The notes under the pieces were generated by a model. It was given only the letters and a program-made list of their open reading frames with translations. It did no database searches and had not been told where the DNA came from. From an uncultured virus (IMG/VR IMGVR_UViG_3300025120_000022) (lineage: Duplodnaviria > Heunggongvirae > Uroviricota > Caudoviricetes), in IMG/VR virus record IMGVR_UViG_3300025120_000022: a DNA stretch of 64,000 nucleotides; one strand, 5' to 3'. Shown here in pieces: positions 9,290 to 17,716 of this stretch. Every line of letters begins with the position of its first letter. Position 1 is the stretch's first letter. A program made the position numbers and the translations under genes.

Positions 9290-9439
9290 ATGAAAACAAC
9301 AGTTACCATCGATAATGATGGTGTATTAACATTTCCCGACGAACTTATTAAAGAAACTGGTTGGAAGGAAGGAGATGTGCTATTATGGATCGATAACCAC
9401 GATGGTTCTTGGAGTTTAAAAAAATCTGATATACACTGA
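9290..9439 (+). CDS. AbrB/MazE-like swapped-hairpin DNA-binding protein (49 aa)
   Basis: Manual translation MKTTVTIDNDGVLTFPDELIKETGWKEGDVLLW... fits the GxLxxPxxLxxxxGWxxGDxL pattern. Confidence 0.65.
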   Translation: MKTTVTIDNDGVLTFPDELIKETGWKEGDVLLWIDNHDGSWSLKKSDIH

Positions 9440-9653
9440 AGAAATCTGTAAGCATTGGATTAAAAATGTCCCTATCGCTCATCAATCTTCTCATAAAATT
9501 TACGAAATGTTCTGCAACCACAGGAGGCAGAAAGATTTCACTGGTATGGAAATGGCGTCAAAGTTCATTAAAGTGGGAACTACAAGGAAGAGACGCTATG
9601 TTAACAACAAGACCAGGAGAAAGTGTAATGTATCTAAAACCATTCTCACATAA
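9420..9653 (+). pseudogene. Degenerate, 5'-truncated DUF4385-like reading frame
   Basis: Translates YTEEICKHW...SSHKIYEMF...KDFTGMEMASKFIKVGTTRKRRYVNN, resembling the recalled DUF4385 core. In-frame TAA at 9417 and no ATG until 9507. Confidence 0.55.
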
Positions 9654-9660
9654 AAAATGA
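9466..9660 (+). CDS. Hypothetical ORF overprinting the DUF4385-like relic
   Basis: Intact 64-aa ORF that stops 7 nt before the next ATG. Confidence 0.4.
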   Translation: MSLSLINLLIKFTKCSATTGGRKISLVWKWRQSSLKWELQGRDAMLTTRPGESVMYLKPFSHKK

Positions 9661-9667
9661 AAAAACA

Positions 9668-9877
9668 ATGGAACATATTAATGTAGGTGATAATGTAAGA
9701 TACCTAGGATATACCAAGGAACAAGTATTATGGGGTAATAATGATACTCCATATATGCTAATACTTGACCGTATCTACGAGATTGCTAATGTAAAGGTAC
9801 ATCGGCAACATACCAAGGTTCAACTCAAGGGTATCATTGGTAAATTTAACTCTGTCCATTTTCAAGTGATTGATTGA
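9668..9877 (+). CDS. Hypothetical protein (SH3-like small beta protein)
   Basis: VGDNVRYLG...FNSVHF. Confidence 0.7.
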   Translation: MEHINVGDNVRYLGYTKEQVLWGNNDTPYMLILDRIYEIANVKVHRQHTKVQLKGIIGKFNSVHFQVID

Positions 9878-10185
9878 TGTCATCAAAACCAGTTAAAAAT
9901 CTGTTCCCCCACGAGTCATTCCCTTATCGTTTGGAACTTAAGGATAGAACTGCGTGGTTTGAATGTCAGGAACATATGGATAGGGAGATTGTAAGATATC
10001 ATCTAAAACCAAAAGACTATAAGAAGTCTTGTATGCGTGGATATAAAATTGTTAGTGAGAATAAAACTGTTGCAAAAAAGAAACCGGTTGATAAAAAGAG
10101 AGAAGATATTCTATTACCCTCAATAAAGTATAAAACGATACAATTTGATAAGAATGCTAATATATTGAATCCCAAACATAAATAA
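9874..10185 (+). CDS. Hypothetical protein
   Basis: FPHESFPYRLE...WFECQEH motif. Confidence 0.7.
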   Translation: MMSSKPVKNLFPHESFPYRLELKDRTAWFECQEHMDREIVRYHLKPKDYKKSCMRGYKIVSENKTVAKKKPVDKKREDILLPSIKYKTIQFDKNANILNPKHK

Positions 10186-10213
10186 TCAAAAGGTTTGTAT
10201 AAAGGTTACAGTC

Positions 10214-10351
10214 GTGGAATTATCCGACAAAAAAGCAGCAAAGAAGATAATCAAGAGATATAAGAAACATCCAGAACACTACACACGAGAAGAAGTGATG
10301 TATGCTAAATTATTAAAGCGGATGCTTAAAAAGAAGAAATCAAATGACTGA
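10214..10351 (+). CDS. Small basic hypothetical protein (45 aa)
   Basis: GTG start, MELSDKKAAKKIIKRYKKHPEHYT...; ATAAATA at ~10178 upstream. Confidence 0.6.
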   Translation: MELSDKKAAKKIIKRYKKHPEHYTREEVMYAKLLKRMLKKKKSND

Positions 10352-11675
10352 CTCCGACATCCTTTTAGCAGTTAACCAGGTTCTCTCTGGATATGAAACT
10401 AAAGTTGTCAAGGCAGGACCGAAAGTTGATAAAATTCGTGTGGTTTCTGGTCAGAGAGCAGAAGCGCAGGATGCAATATCAAAACAATTGAATAGTATGA
10501 GGGTTCCATACAAGAATGAAATTGATAAAAGTGAGTCATCATTCCCTGTAACTAAGATTGAACTGAAGAAATCTAATTCCATTATTAAACTTATCTACAA
10601 AAAGGGTTCTGGTGGTGGATCTGGTGCCGGTGCAGCACTTACTAAACTTGCAGAATCTTCACAGGCATTATATGCTGCTCTTGCATTTAATGTATTGGGT
10701 AGAAAGATCACTAACAAAGATATATCCAAAGATAATTTTCAACGTGCTGCTGGAACTGCAATCACTGATGAGGACTTTGGTAAGATGATTAACAGTCTTC
10801 CTGATGATTGGGTGAACTCATCTATTGCAGGTGCAAATGCTTTATATCAGAAATATGGTAACAAAGGTAAATTTACATTCCATCGTGGATCACAATTAGT
10901 CAATACAATTGAGGGTGCATTTACAGCAATCAATCGTCAAGAGAAAGCATTTGGTAACCTTAATAAGTGGAGTCCTGCTGATATCTACATGATATCTAAT
11001 CAGGGTGCTGTTCAACAAATAGCGGCAGAAAAAACCTTAAAGGGATTAAATGCCAAGATGTTTGAGTTGGTTAAATCAAATCAAGTGATTGGTGTATCAT
11101 TAAAGAAGATTACAAGTAATACCGGTAGAATTACTGAAAAGAATTTTCCTGGTGATGGTAAGATTATATCAGCAAGTTATAAGGGTACAACTACAAAGTT
11201 TGATTCGATGGATGGTTATATTCAGTGGGGAACTGCAACGACAGAAAAGATTCAGTTCAGAAGTTTTGGTGGTGAGACATCATTAACTGGTTGGCAGGGT
11301 GAAATTAAGGGAGCATCTGCAAACCAGGGTAAAGTATCTCTCGGTCCTATCAATTACATTCTAAAACGTCATGGATTGCAACAGTTGCCAACTTCGTTAG
11401 AATCTGCTAAACTGGCAGAAGCAAATACTGATGCTCACTGTAAACAAATTGCTAGTATGATGGGTACATATGGGTTAATTACTGATGTCGATGCAACAGC
11501 ACAGATAATCAAGAGTAAATCAAATAAGTATCGTTATTCTAAGTATTTGGTACTAACATTACTACTAACAATGAAGAATACCTCACAACAAATACAAAAT
11601 GAAGTCGTACAGGATCTGTATTCATATGCAAGTTCTCAAGCAAGTTTTTCTGCCCCCTATATTAAAATGGAGTGA
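10344..11675 (+). CDS. Hypothetical protein, possible PD-(D/E)XK-like nuclease
   Basis: 443-aa ORF with E(SSQ), KWSPADIY and GVSLKK motifs spaced like restriction-endonuclease-fold active sites. Confidence 0.5.
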   Translation: MTDSDILLAVNQVLSGYETKVVKAGPKVDKIRVVSGQRAEAQDAISKQLNSMRVPYKNEIDKSESSFPVTKIELKKSNSIIKLIYKKGSGGGSGAGAALTKLAESSQALYAALAFNVLGRKITNKDISKDNFQRAAGTAITDEDFGKMINSLPDDWVNSSIAGANALYQKYGNKGKFTFHRGSQLVNTIEGAFTAINRQEKAFGNLNKWSPADIYMISNQGAVQQIAAEKTLKGLNAKMFELVKSNQVIGVSLKKITSNTGRITEKNFPGDGKIISASYKGTTTKFDSMDGYIQWGTATTEKIQFRSFGGETSLTGWQGEIKGASANQGKVSLGPINYILKRHGLQQLPTSLESAKLAEANTDAHCKQIASMMGTYGLITDVDATAQIIKSKSNKYRYSKYLVLTLLLTMKNTSQQIQNEVVQDLYSYASSQASFSAPYIKME

Positions 11676-11836
11676 TGATGGATAGTCTAAAAGTAAAACA
11701 ACAGGATGATGGTCAGTATGTCTTAGAATGGGACAAGAAAGACCCGCAATGGGCGTTTCTCAATGGGTTGACACCGGAACAGGTTCGGTGTATAGTAGAG
11801 GAAGCAATCCGTCAAGACAAACGTGGGCAACTTTGA
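11675..11836 (+). CDS. Small hypothetical protein (53 aa)
   Basis: Manual translation MMDSLKVKQQDDGQYVLEWDKKDPQWAFLNGLT...; coupled to the previous stop. Confidence 0.65.
   Translation: MMDSLKVKQQDDGQYVLEWDKKDPQWAFLNGLTPEQVRCIVEEAIRQDKRGQL
11768..11796 (+). promoter_or_regulatory. sigma70-type promoter with an inverted repeat in the spacer
   Basis: TTGACA-17 nt-TATAGT; ACACC-GGAAC..GTTC-GGTGT. Confidence 0.7.
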
Positions 11837-12080
11837 TTACAAAGAGTTCAGTCTCAAGAACCTAAAAGATGTTCTAGGTGAGATCATCGATCAAGACGAT
11901 TGTAATCCTGAAGAGATCGCACGGTCAATTATTGATGCCTGTGAGACAAACATTGACTATCATTTGTCTAAAGTGAGTAAAGCAGCAGAGACAATTGCTA
12001 AGTTAAAAGGATTATTGAAAGAGAATAAGATAACAGAGGCAACCACACAAAAGGACTGGGAAGATTTTTGGAAAGAGTGA
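11823..12080 (+). CDS. Hypothetical protein
   Basis: 85-aa helical ORF. Confidence 0.7.
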   Translation: MGNFDYKEFSLKNLKDVLGEIIDQDDCNPEEIARSIIDACETNIDYHLSKVSKAAETIAKLKGLLKENKITEATTQKDWEDFWKE

Positions 12081-12140
12081 CAGTTGAGATAGTGGCACAG
12101 AACCCTTGAATTGACCCCCTGAATGCTCTATATTATATTC
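12077..12140 (+). promoter_or_regulatory. Palindrome-promoter cassette
   Basis: GTGACAGTT-GAGA-TAGTGGCAC followed by TTGAAT/TTGACC-17 nt-TATATT. Confidence 0.7.
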
Positions 12141-12157
12141 ATACCAGACAGGAGAGC

Positions 12158-13339
12158 ATGACCGTTACCCTTCGCCCCCATCAGCGCAAAGCATTGACCG
12201 CTATGCTGGCATATGACAAGGGTCAGGTCATCATCCCTACGGGTGGTGGTAAGACCATCTGCATGATTCAAGACATTGTTGAGAATCAAAAGTATATCGA
12301 CAATGGTTCTACTATTGTTGTTGTTGCCCCTCGTATTCTTCTTGCAGAACAACTCTGCAAAGAATTTCTTGATATTATTGATACCACTCACACCCATGTG
12401 ATGCACGTTCACAGTGGTGAGATTGAGTATTTCAGTAGCACCAAACCAGAACAGATTGCATTGTTCAACAACACTGCAAGAACTGCTGGTGAGAATGTTA
12501 TCATCTTCACCACATATCACTCGCTGCATCGTATTCAAGAGGCAGACATTGAAGTGAATACAATTTACTTTGATGAGGCACACAACAGTGTTCAGCGTAA
12601 CTTTTTCCCTCCTACTGAATTCTTTTCTAACGATGCTGATCGTTGCTATTTCTTCACAGCAACTCCAAAACATTCGCTGACTGTATTCAAACCAGGAATG
12701 AACGATCCTGAGGTTTATGGTCAGGTCATATGTAATGTTCCTGCACCACAATTAGTCAAGGAAGGTTACATTCTTCCCCCTAAGGTTGTTGTTCAGCAGC
12801 TGCCTCAGGGTGATTTCAAGCAGTCTGATTCTAAGAATCTGCTTGATACCATTGATGATAACGAGATCGGCAAGGTTCTGATTGCTGCACGTTCCACAAA
12901 GCAGATTGTCCGTCTTGTGACTCAATCTGATTTCTGTTCTCAATTGTATGAACGTGGTTATCACTGGATGTTTATCACTAGCAAAACTGGTGCTATCATC
13001 GACGGCAAGAAAGTATCCCGTGAAGTATTCTTCAAGACTCTCAATCAGTGGGGCACAGAAGAGCATCGTAAGTTCGTTGTGATGCACCACTCTATTTTGT
13101 CCGAAGGTATCAATGTAAAGGGTCTTGAAGCAGTGTTATTCATGCGTAATATGGATTACATCGGCATCAGTCAATCAATCGGTCGTGTGATACGTCTAGG
13201 AGGCGATTCTAAGACGTTTGGACTAGTTTGTGTGCCTGTCTTTGATAAAGTGGGTATCAGCACTGCTAGAAGCGTTCAGGCGGTTGTTGATACCGTCTTT
13301 GAAAAAGGTCAACCTGCTATCTCTGAAGTCCGTCGCTGA
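12158..13339 (+). CDS. Superfamily 2 DEAD/DEAH-box helicase (type III restriction Res-like)
   Basis: Q motif LRPHQ, Walker A PTGGGKT, DEAH, TAT, LSEGIN and QSIGRVIR. Confidence 0.9.
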   Translation: MTVTLRPHQRKALTAMLAYDKGQVIIPTGGGKTICMIQDIVENQKYIDNGSTIVVVAPRILLAEQLCKEFLDIIDTTHTHVMHVHSGEIEYFSSTKPEQIALFNNTARTAGENVIIFTTYHSLHRIQEADIEVNTIYFDEAHNSVQRNFFPPTEFFSNDADRCYFFTATPKHSLTVFKPGMNDPEVYGQVICNVPAPQLVKEGYILPPKVVVQQLPQGDFKQSDSKNLLDTIDDNEIGKVLIAARSTKQIVRLVTQSDFCSQLYERGYHWMFITSKTGAIIDGKKVSREVFFKTLNQWGTEEHRKFVVMHHSILSEGINVKGLEAVLFMRNMDYIGISQSIGRVIRLGGDSKTFGLVCVPVFDKVGISTARSVQAVVDTVFEKGQPAISEVRR

Positions 13340-13367
13340 TTGCACTCTTTCAAAACTATGCTATAAT
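13340..13367 (+). promoter_or_regulatory. sigma70-type promoter, extended -10
   Basis: TTGCAC-16 nt-TATAAT with TG upstream of the -10. Confidence 0.65.
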
Positions 13368-13393
13368 AGTAGGTACAAATTGGAGCAAGTTCC

Positions 13394-13549
13394 ATGCAAT
13401 GCGATGTAAAATGCTATGTGTCTGGTAAGGTATTCAGCGTCAAATGTCTTGCTAAGGACTACAACGAGGCAAAAGAAGTAGCACTTGCTCAACATCCTAA
13501 CGCACGTATTATGGGCGTGACTGCCGTCTTTTCTAATTCAAATCCATGA
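13394..13549 (+). CDS. Small hypothetical protein (51 aa)
   Basis: Manual translation MQCDVKCYVSGKVF...AKEVALAQHPNARIMGVTAVF; GGAG SD. Confidence 0.7.
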   Translation: MQCDVKCYVSGKVFSVKCLAKDYNEAKEVALAQHPNARIMGVTAVFSNSNP

Positions 13550-13716
13550 ATACTGAAAAACTTTGGAAAATCATTACCCTTGAAACAACAGGATGGAATG
13601 ATATTGAAGAAATTAACTGTGTGAAACTGTCTAAAGAACAGTGTACTGACCGCATAGAATCACTACTAGCGGAAGGTTACAATCCAAATCATATTAAAGC
13701 AATTCCTGATGCTTGA
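13546..13716 (+). CDS. Small hypothetical protein (56 aa)
   Basis: Manual translation MNTEKLWKII...KLSKEQC...EGYNPN; ATGA coupling. Confidence 0.7.
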   Translation: MNTEKLWKIITLETTGWNDIEEINCVKLSKEQCTDRIESLLAEGYNPNHIKAIPDA

Positions 13717-14005
13717 ACTTCCTTCTGATTTTCCACACCAATCCCCAGACGATTATTCTTACGAAGTTGAACAGTTCAAGAACAATGTTCTTGCAATTTG
13801 GTTGCATCACCATAAAGATTATGTCTATAGTAGTGATCCTGTCCGCACTATCTGGGGATTCTTTAATACAAAGAAAGGAGATTATATCTCCCCTATCAAT
13901 TCAAAAAAACCTGGTAAAGTAGTTGATATTAAAAATACAACTCCTTTCACATCAATGCAACTAAACCTCAACCCTTTAGAACATGCCTTATACTCCGCAA
14001 ATTGA
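13709..14005 (+). CDS. Hypothetical protein
   Basis: 98-aa ORF within an operon. Confidence 0.75.
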   Translation: MLELPSDFPHQSPDDYSYEVEQFKNNVLAIWLHHHKDYVYSSDPVRTIWGFFNTKKGDYISPINSKKPGKVVDIKNTTPFTSMQLNLNPLEHALYSAN

Positions 14006-14255
14006 TGACTACGTGATATGGGAAAGATCAACCGGACACATTGATAAGGGTTGGGTTTATTTTTTTGATAATGATTATATCACAATTGAAACTGGTGTAA
14101 AGGATAAACCCAACTGTGAGTATACTATAGAAGAAAGACATAAAAAGATTCATGTTTTAGTAGTATGTCATAATTGTTATTGGGATGATTTAAAATATGT
14201 GAAGCATCGAAGGACAGATGATGTAGTGGCACAAGAGCAGAGCACAGACCCCTAA
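13983..14255 (+). CDS. Hypothetical protein
   Basis: YTPQIDDYVIW...GWVYF...YITIE. Confidence 0.7.
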   Translation: MPYTPQIDDYVIWERSTGHIDKGWVYFFDNDYITIETGVKDKPNCEYTIEERHKKIHVLVVCHNCYWDDLKYVKHRRTDDVVAQEQSTDP

Positions 14256-14285
14256 AACCGTGTATATTAAAGAAGTGGAGGGGAC
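14212..14285 (+). promoter_or_regulatory. Palindrome-promoter cassette
   Basis: GGACAGAT..AGTGGCAC, GCACA(14242) and AAAACCGTGTATATTAAAGAAGTGGAGGGG. Confidence 0.75.
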
Positions 14286-14315
14286 ACCCACCACGCTCAC
14301 CACAACTCTCTAAAT

Positions 14316-14753
14316 ATGGGAACACGTTCACGCATCGGAATTCAACTTTCAGATGACTCTATTCTTTCTGTTTATCATCATTGGGACGGTTATCCTACTT
14401 GGTTGGGCAAAGTTCTTAACACACACTACAATTCAAAGGAGAAAGTAGCAGAGTTAATTGACGGTGGTGATATGTCTTGTGCATGGACAAAAGATCGCTG
14501 GACTGGTAAGCAAGTTACAAAGTATGTAATCGAGAATGTTGAGGTTGAGGAATATGGTCCTCAATACTATTCTGCTCGTGGTGAGAATTGCCCTCCCCGT
14601 CTTGATAATAATGTAGTAGAATACCTTGCTAATGGTGAAGAATACGCTTACATCTTTAATCGTAATAATGAGTGGGTGGCGTTCGATCGTCACGAGTTCG
14701 ATGATAAAGACCCTGAGATTGTTTCTATTCCTTCCGGTGTTCTTGCTTGTTGA
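14316..14753 (+). CDS. Conserved phage early protein (MGTRS...YxHWDGYP family)
   Basis: MGTRSRIG, VYHHWDGYP and EYAYIF motifs. Confidence 0.8.
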   Translation: MGTRSRIGIQLSDDSILSVYHHWDGYPTWLGKVLNTHYNSKEKVAELIDGGDMSCAWTKDRWTGKQVTKYVIENVEVEEYGPQYYSARGENCPPRLDNNVVEYLANGEEYAYIFNRNNEWVAFDRHEFDDKDPEIVSIPSGVLAC

Positions 14754-14778
14754 CTATCTAAATCAAATTTAGTATAAT
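14750..14778 (+). promoter_or_regulatory. sigma70-type promoter
   Basis: TTGACT-17 nt-TATAAT. Confidence 0.8.
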
Positions 14779-14800
14779 TACAACAATCACATAGGTTATC

Positions 14801-14956
14801 ATGACCCAGGAAGTTGAACTAAAGATCGGCATCCCAGATTATTATCGTGATGACCGATTAGCAGATGAACTTGATAAGTATATCGAAGATATGCTTAATC
14901 GATCTTACCATCTTGGAATGACTATTCCTTACTATCTCCTTGAATTCTGTGAATAA
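14801..14956 (+). CDS. Small acidic protein (51 aa)
   Basis: Manual translation; ends MTIPYYLLEFCE. Confidence 0.65.
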   Translation: MTQEVELKIGIPDYYRDDRLADELDKYIEDMLNRSYHLGMTIPYYLLEFCE

Positions 14957-15119
14957 ATTCACACTTCGCGACGAACTTACAGACAAGAGTATCGATCTCA
15001 CTTGGTCTGATTTTTCTGCTCTTCTTATCAGTGCAGAGAATCCTTCAGAGTTCTTTACTAACAAAGACAAGCAACAACTTCAGCAAATCGCATCCACTTT
15101 CAGAGAGTTTATTGACTAA
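14949..15119 (+). CDS. Small hypothetical protein (56 aa)
   Basis: GTG start, MNKFTLRDELTDKSIDLTW...; coupled at both ends. Confidence 0.6.
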   Translation: MNKFTLRDELTDKSIDLTWSDFSALLISAENPSEFFTNKDKQQLQQIASTFREFID

Positions 15120-15250
15120 TGGATTACAACATTGACCCGATTCGTGAATTCGACAACGATGATTTTATGAGAATGATGGAAGAATGGGATGATGAAGGTG
15201 TCGTCGAAAGTATTGATAACGATACATTAAAACTACTAAAAGAGTTCTAA
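15119..15250 (+). CDS. Small acidic protein (43 aa)
   Basis: TAATG coupling; MDYNIDPIREFDNDDF.... Confidence 0.6.
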   Translation: MDYNIDPIREFDNDDFMRMMEEWDDEGVVESIDNDTLKLLKEF

Positions 15251-15459
15251 TGTTACAGAACTTTGCTAGAACCGCTACATATAGTGATAAGGAGAAGAAA
15301 ATTAATCAACTCCTTTTAGCACAGCAACAAGTTGAGAACCTGTTACTTATTAGTGAATATTTTGAATATAAGAAATATCTTAAAGAACATTTGTTCAAAG
15401 TAAAATACGAACTTGAAAGACAGTCCGGTTTACTTGACAAATCTAAACAACCAGACTAG
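15250..15459 (+). CDS. Hypothetical protein
   Basis: TAATG coupling; VKYELERQ motif. Confidence 0.7.
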   Translation: MLQNFARTATYSDKEKKINQLLLAQQQVENLLLISEYFEYKKYLKEHLFKVKYELERQSGLLDKSKQPD

Positions 15460-15462
15460 AAT
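15434..15462 (+). promoter_or_regulatory. sigma70-type promoter
   Basis: TTGACA-17 nt-TAGAAT. Confidence 0.75.
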
Positions 15463-15486
15463 CAAAACACTATCACGGACTTTCTC

Positions 15487-15663
15487 ATGGCACCAACACT
15501 CTCCAAAAAACTCACCCGATATCGTCTTACTTTAGACGTGATGATTGATAGTACAGCAAGTGAACCACCTTCACGATGGGAGTGGAAAAAACTACTTGAA
15601 TTAGAAGGAAATGAGCAAGTAAATGATGTCTATGTTGAGAATCTTGGAGACTATAAAGTCTAG
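15487..15663 (+). CDS. Small hypothetical protein (58 aa)
   Basis: Manual translation MAPTLSKKLTRYRLTLDVMID...WEWKKLLEL. Confidence 0.65.
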   Translation: MAPTLSKKLTRYRLTLDVMIDSTASEPPSRWEWKKLLELEGNEQVNDVYVENLGDYKV

Positions 15664-15686
15664 TAGATCACATTTTAAAGTGTCAT

Positions 15687-15722
15687 AAGAGGGGTTACGA
15701 CCCCTCTTTTTTATGCTATACT
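15687..15722 (+). terminator. Rho-independent terminator overlapping an extended -10 promoter
   Basis: AAGAGGGG-TTACGA-CCCCTCTT stem plus T-run, followed by TGC-TATACT. Confidence 0.75.
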
Positions 15723-15744
15723 GATATCAGTTGACAAAAAAACA

Positions 15745-15957
15745 ATGTCGATTTTCACAGTTGAACAACTCAACAGACATAAAGAAGACTTTGGTTGTTC
15801 ATATAACGTCGGTAAGTATCTTCATTCTGCTGTAATTGAGGTAGATGTTGCAGACATTTTGCGAATGAATGATGTGTCTGATGAGATTATCAATCTTGTA
15901 TGTGATACTATTGTTGATCATTTTGCAACTGCAATGTATCTTGAGGAAAACGACTAA
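15745..15957 (+). CDS. Hypothetical protein
   Basis: 70-aa ORF after the promoter. Confidence 0.7.
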   Translation: MSIFTVEQLNRHKEDFGCSYNVGKYLHSAVIEVDVADILRMNDVSDEIINLVCDTIVDHFATAMYLEEND

Positions 15958-16328
15958 TGGGAAGATCTAAACTCATTGGTCCACTAACTGCTTCTGAAAC
16001 CAAGAAAAAACAACAAAGGCATGCTTGGTATCAAAGAAACAAAGAACTTACTAAACAACGTTCTGCTGATTCAAAAATCAGAACCCAAAAATGGTTCAAA
16101 CAAGAAAAAAGCAAACATCAATGCTTTAATTGTAGCAACACAGAATTTAATCAACTTGGATTTTATGATTTAACTTTGATCTACGGTCCTAGTTTAACCA
16201 AACCAGAAAAAATAAATCAAGTTTCTGAGATGGTTGGCAGAAAAAGTCGTGTTACTATCAAAAAAGAAATAGAAACTAGAACCTGCCTCTGTAATCATTG
16301 TTGGCACACACATTATAGACATTACTAA
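15957..16328 (+). CDS. Zn-binding HNH-endonuclease-like protein, probably with a degenerate active site
   Basis: Basic N-terminal helix, CFNC, then IKKEIE..CLCNHCW..H. The expected catalytic His position reads GFYD. Confidence 0.55.
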   Translation: MGRSKLIGPLTASETKKKQQRHAWYQRNKELTKQRSADSKIRTQKWFKQEKSKHQCFNCSNTEFNQLGFYDLTLIYGPSLTKPEKINQVSEMVGRKSRVTIKKEIETRTCLCNHCWHTHYRHY

Positions 16329-16389
16329 TGACAAGCAAAGAAAAACTTTTATTCGTATCGTCCTTTATCTGGTTCATGCATTGGGGAAC

Positions 16390-16806
16390 ATGTCAAGTAT
16401 CTACGCTTCTGGATATGGTTATTCTAAGAAACTCTGTGAGGATATTACCTCTTGGTTTCTGAATAAGTATTACCCTCGTCATAAAATTGATGTGGACATT
16501 GATCATCGTGGATTGAAGCGTGAGGGTGTCTATGGGTATTGTGATTTTGTTGATAATAAATCTAAACCACGACATTTCCTGATTGAACTTCAGAGTCATA
16601 TGAATCAGGAAACATATACAAAAATACTTTTTCATGAATTGACCCACCTCTCTCAGTGGGTAGACGGTTCTCTCACTTTTAAACATGGAAAAATGTGTTA
16701 TTGTAAAGAACCAGTGGAAAACTACGACTATGTGAACCAACCACATGAAATTGAGGCACGAGAGAGTGAAACAGTTCTATACGATCTTTATCTAAATGAG
16801 AAATAG
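16390..16806 (+). CDS. Zincin-like metallopeptidase (HExxH)
   Basis: LFHELTHLSQW and PHEIEA motifs. Confidence 0.75.
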   Translation: MSSIYASGYGYSKKLCEDITSWFLNKYYPRHKIDVDIDHRGLKREGVYGYCDFVDNKSKPRHFLIELQSHMNQETYTKILFHELTHLSQWVDGSLTFKHGKMCYCKEPVENYDYVNQPHEIEARESETVLYDLYLNEK

Positions 16807-16809
16807 AGT

Positions 16810-16867
16810 GTGCCAGTCGGCAAACCGGAGCAGATCCCTTGACTTCTGCTTGAATCTATAATATATT
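16810..16867 (+). promoter_or_regulatory. Palindrome-promoter cassette upstream of the putative R-M pair
   Basis: GTGCCAGTC...; TTGACT(16839)-17 nt-TATATT(16862). Confidence 0.65.
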
Positions 16868-16951
16868 AGGTTCATGGGAGAGCAATCGCCCCAAAGGATG
16901 CACTGGTGGATGCGCCGAATTATTTAATTTGCCATCAGTCCAATTTATTAA

Positions 16952-17716
16952 ATGAAATCAATGAGTTATCAAAAAGGACAACATCAAAAAGGAATTAAGA
17001 ATGAAACTTTCGTGTGTAAGTTTCTCACTGAAGTTAACCACTATGGATGTGAATTAAGACATCGTGGAGGCACTAAAGTAGTAGAAGACGGTGATACTGA
17101 AAATGGTGATAAGTCATCTTTTAAGAAATGGACAACAAATAGTTCTACTCATGATTGGTTTAATTGCTCACCATTAGCAGCAGAGATTGAACTTAAAGAT
17201 CTTATTAAACTTCATGTTGAGCAGTTTAAAAAAGATATTAAGAATGTGCCTGATGCTGAACATGAAACTTTCAGAAAGAAAAAAGAAAATAAGATGAAAA
17301 GAGATATTGCTGAGACATTAGATCAAATGTGTACTTATGAATTTGCTGATAAGTGTATGAAAAAATTTATCTCTCATAGTAAAGATTTGGATATTATTGT
17401 TACTGATGTTCAAAATAAGAAAGTTCTTATCTATAAATTTAATGAACATCCAGCAGTAGTTTATTACAACAAAGGGTATAAACCAGTTTTTATCAGCAGA
17501 TCTGGTAAAAAGAGTGCCTCTCGTAATATTATTCTGGTAAAAGATGATGATAAAGTGGACATTGGATTGAGAATTAGATTTGTGGAGAGTAATGGATTCA
17601 AACCATTTACCTGTGAACCATCACCAAATAAATCTACAACAGCAACTATTAAGATGCAACAAGATAATGTAAAAAATATATTGTCTAATGTGAAAAAAGT
17701 ATGTTATAATTACTGA
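16952..17716 (+). CDS. Putative type II restriction endonuclease (PD-(D/E)XK-like)
   Basis: Lys-rich 254-aa ORF abutting an MTase. KNE...GGTKVVED...SFKK pattern is compatible with an REase core. Confidence 0.45.
   Translation: MKSMSYQKGQHQKGIKNETFVCKFLTEVNHYGCELRHRGGTKVVEDGDTENGDKSSFKKWTTNSSTHDWFNCSPLAAEIELKDLIKLHVEQFKKDIKNVPDAEHETFRKKKENKMKRDIAETLDQMCTYEFADKCMKKFISHSKDLDIIVTDVQNKKVLIYKFNEHPAVVYYNKGYKPVFISRSGKKSASRNIILVKDDDKVDIGLRIRFVESNGFKPFTCEPSPNKSTTATIKMQQDNVKNILSNVKKVCYNY

Noticed and set aside
13729..13737. Single TTTTCCACA
   Set aside because: Isolated and inside a CDS (D-F-P-H codons); probably chance.
16328..16462. 44-aa ORF MTSKEKLLFVSSFIWFMHWG... coupled to the HNH-like stop
   Set aside because: It overlaps the peptidase gene by more than 70 nt in another frame and cannot be supported without homology data, though it is not excluded.
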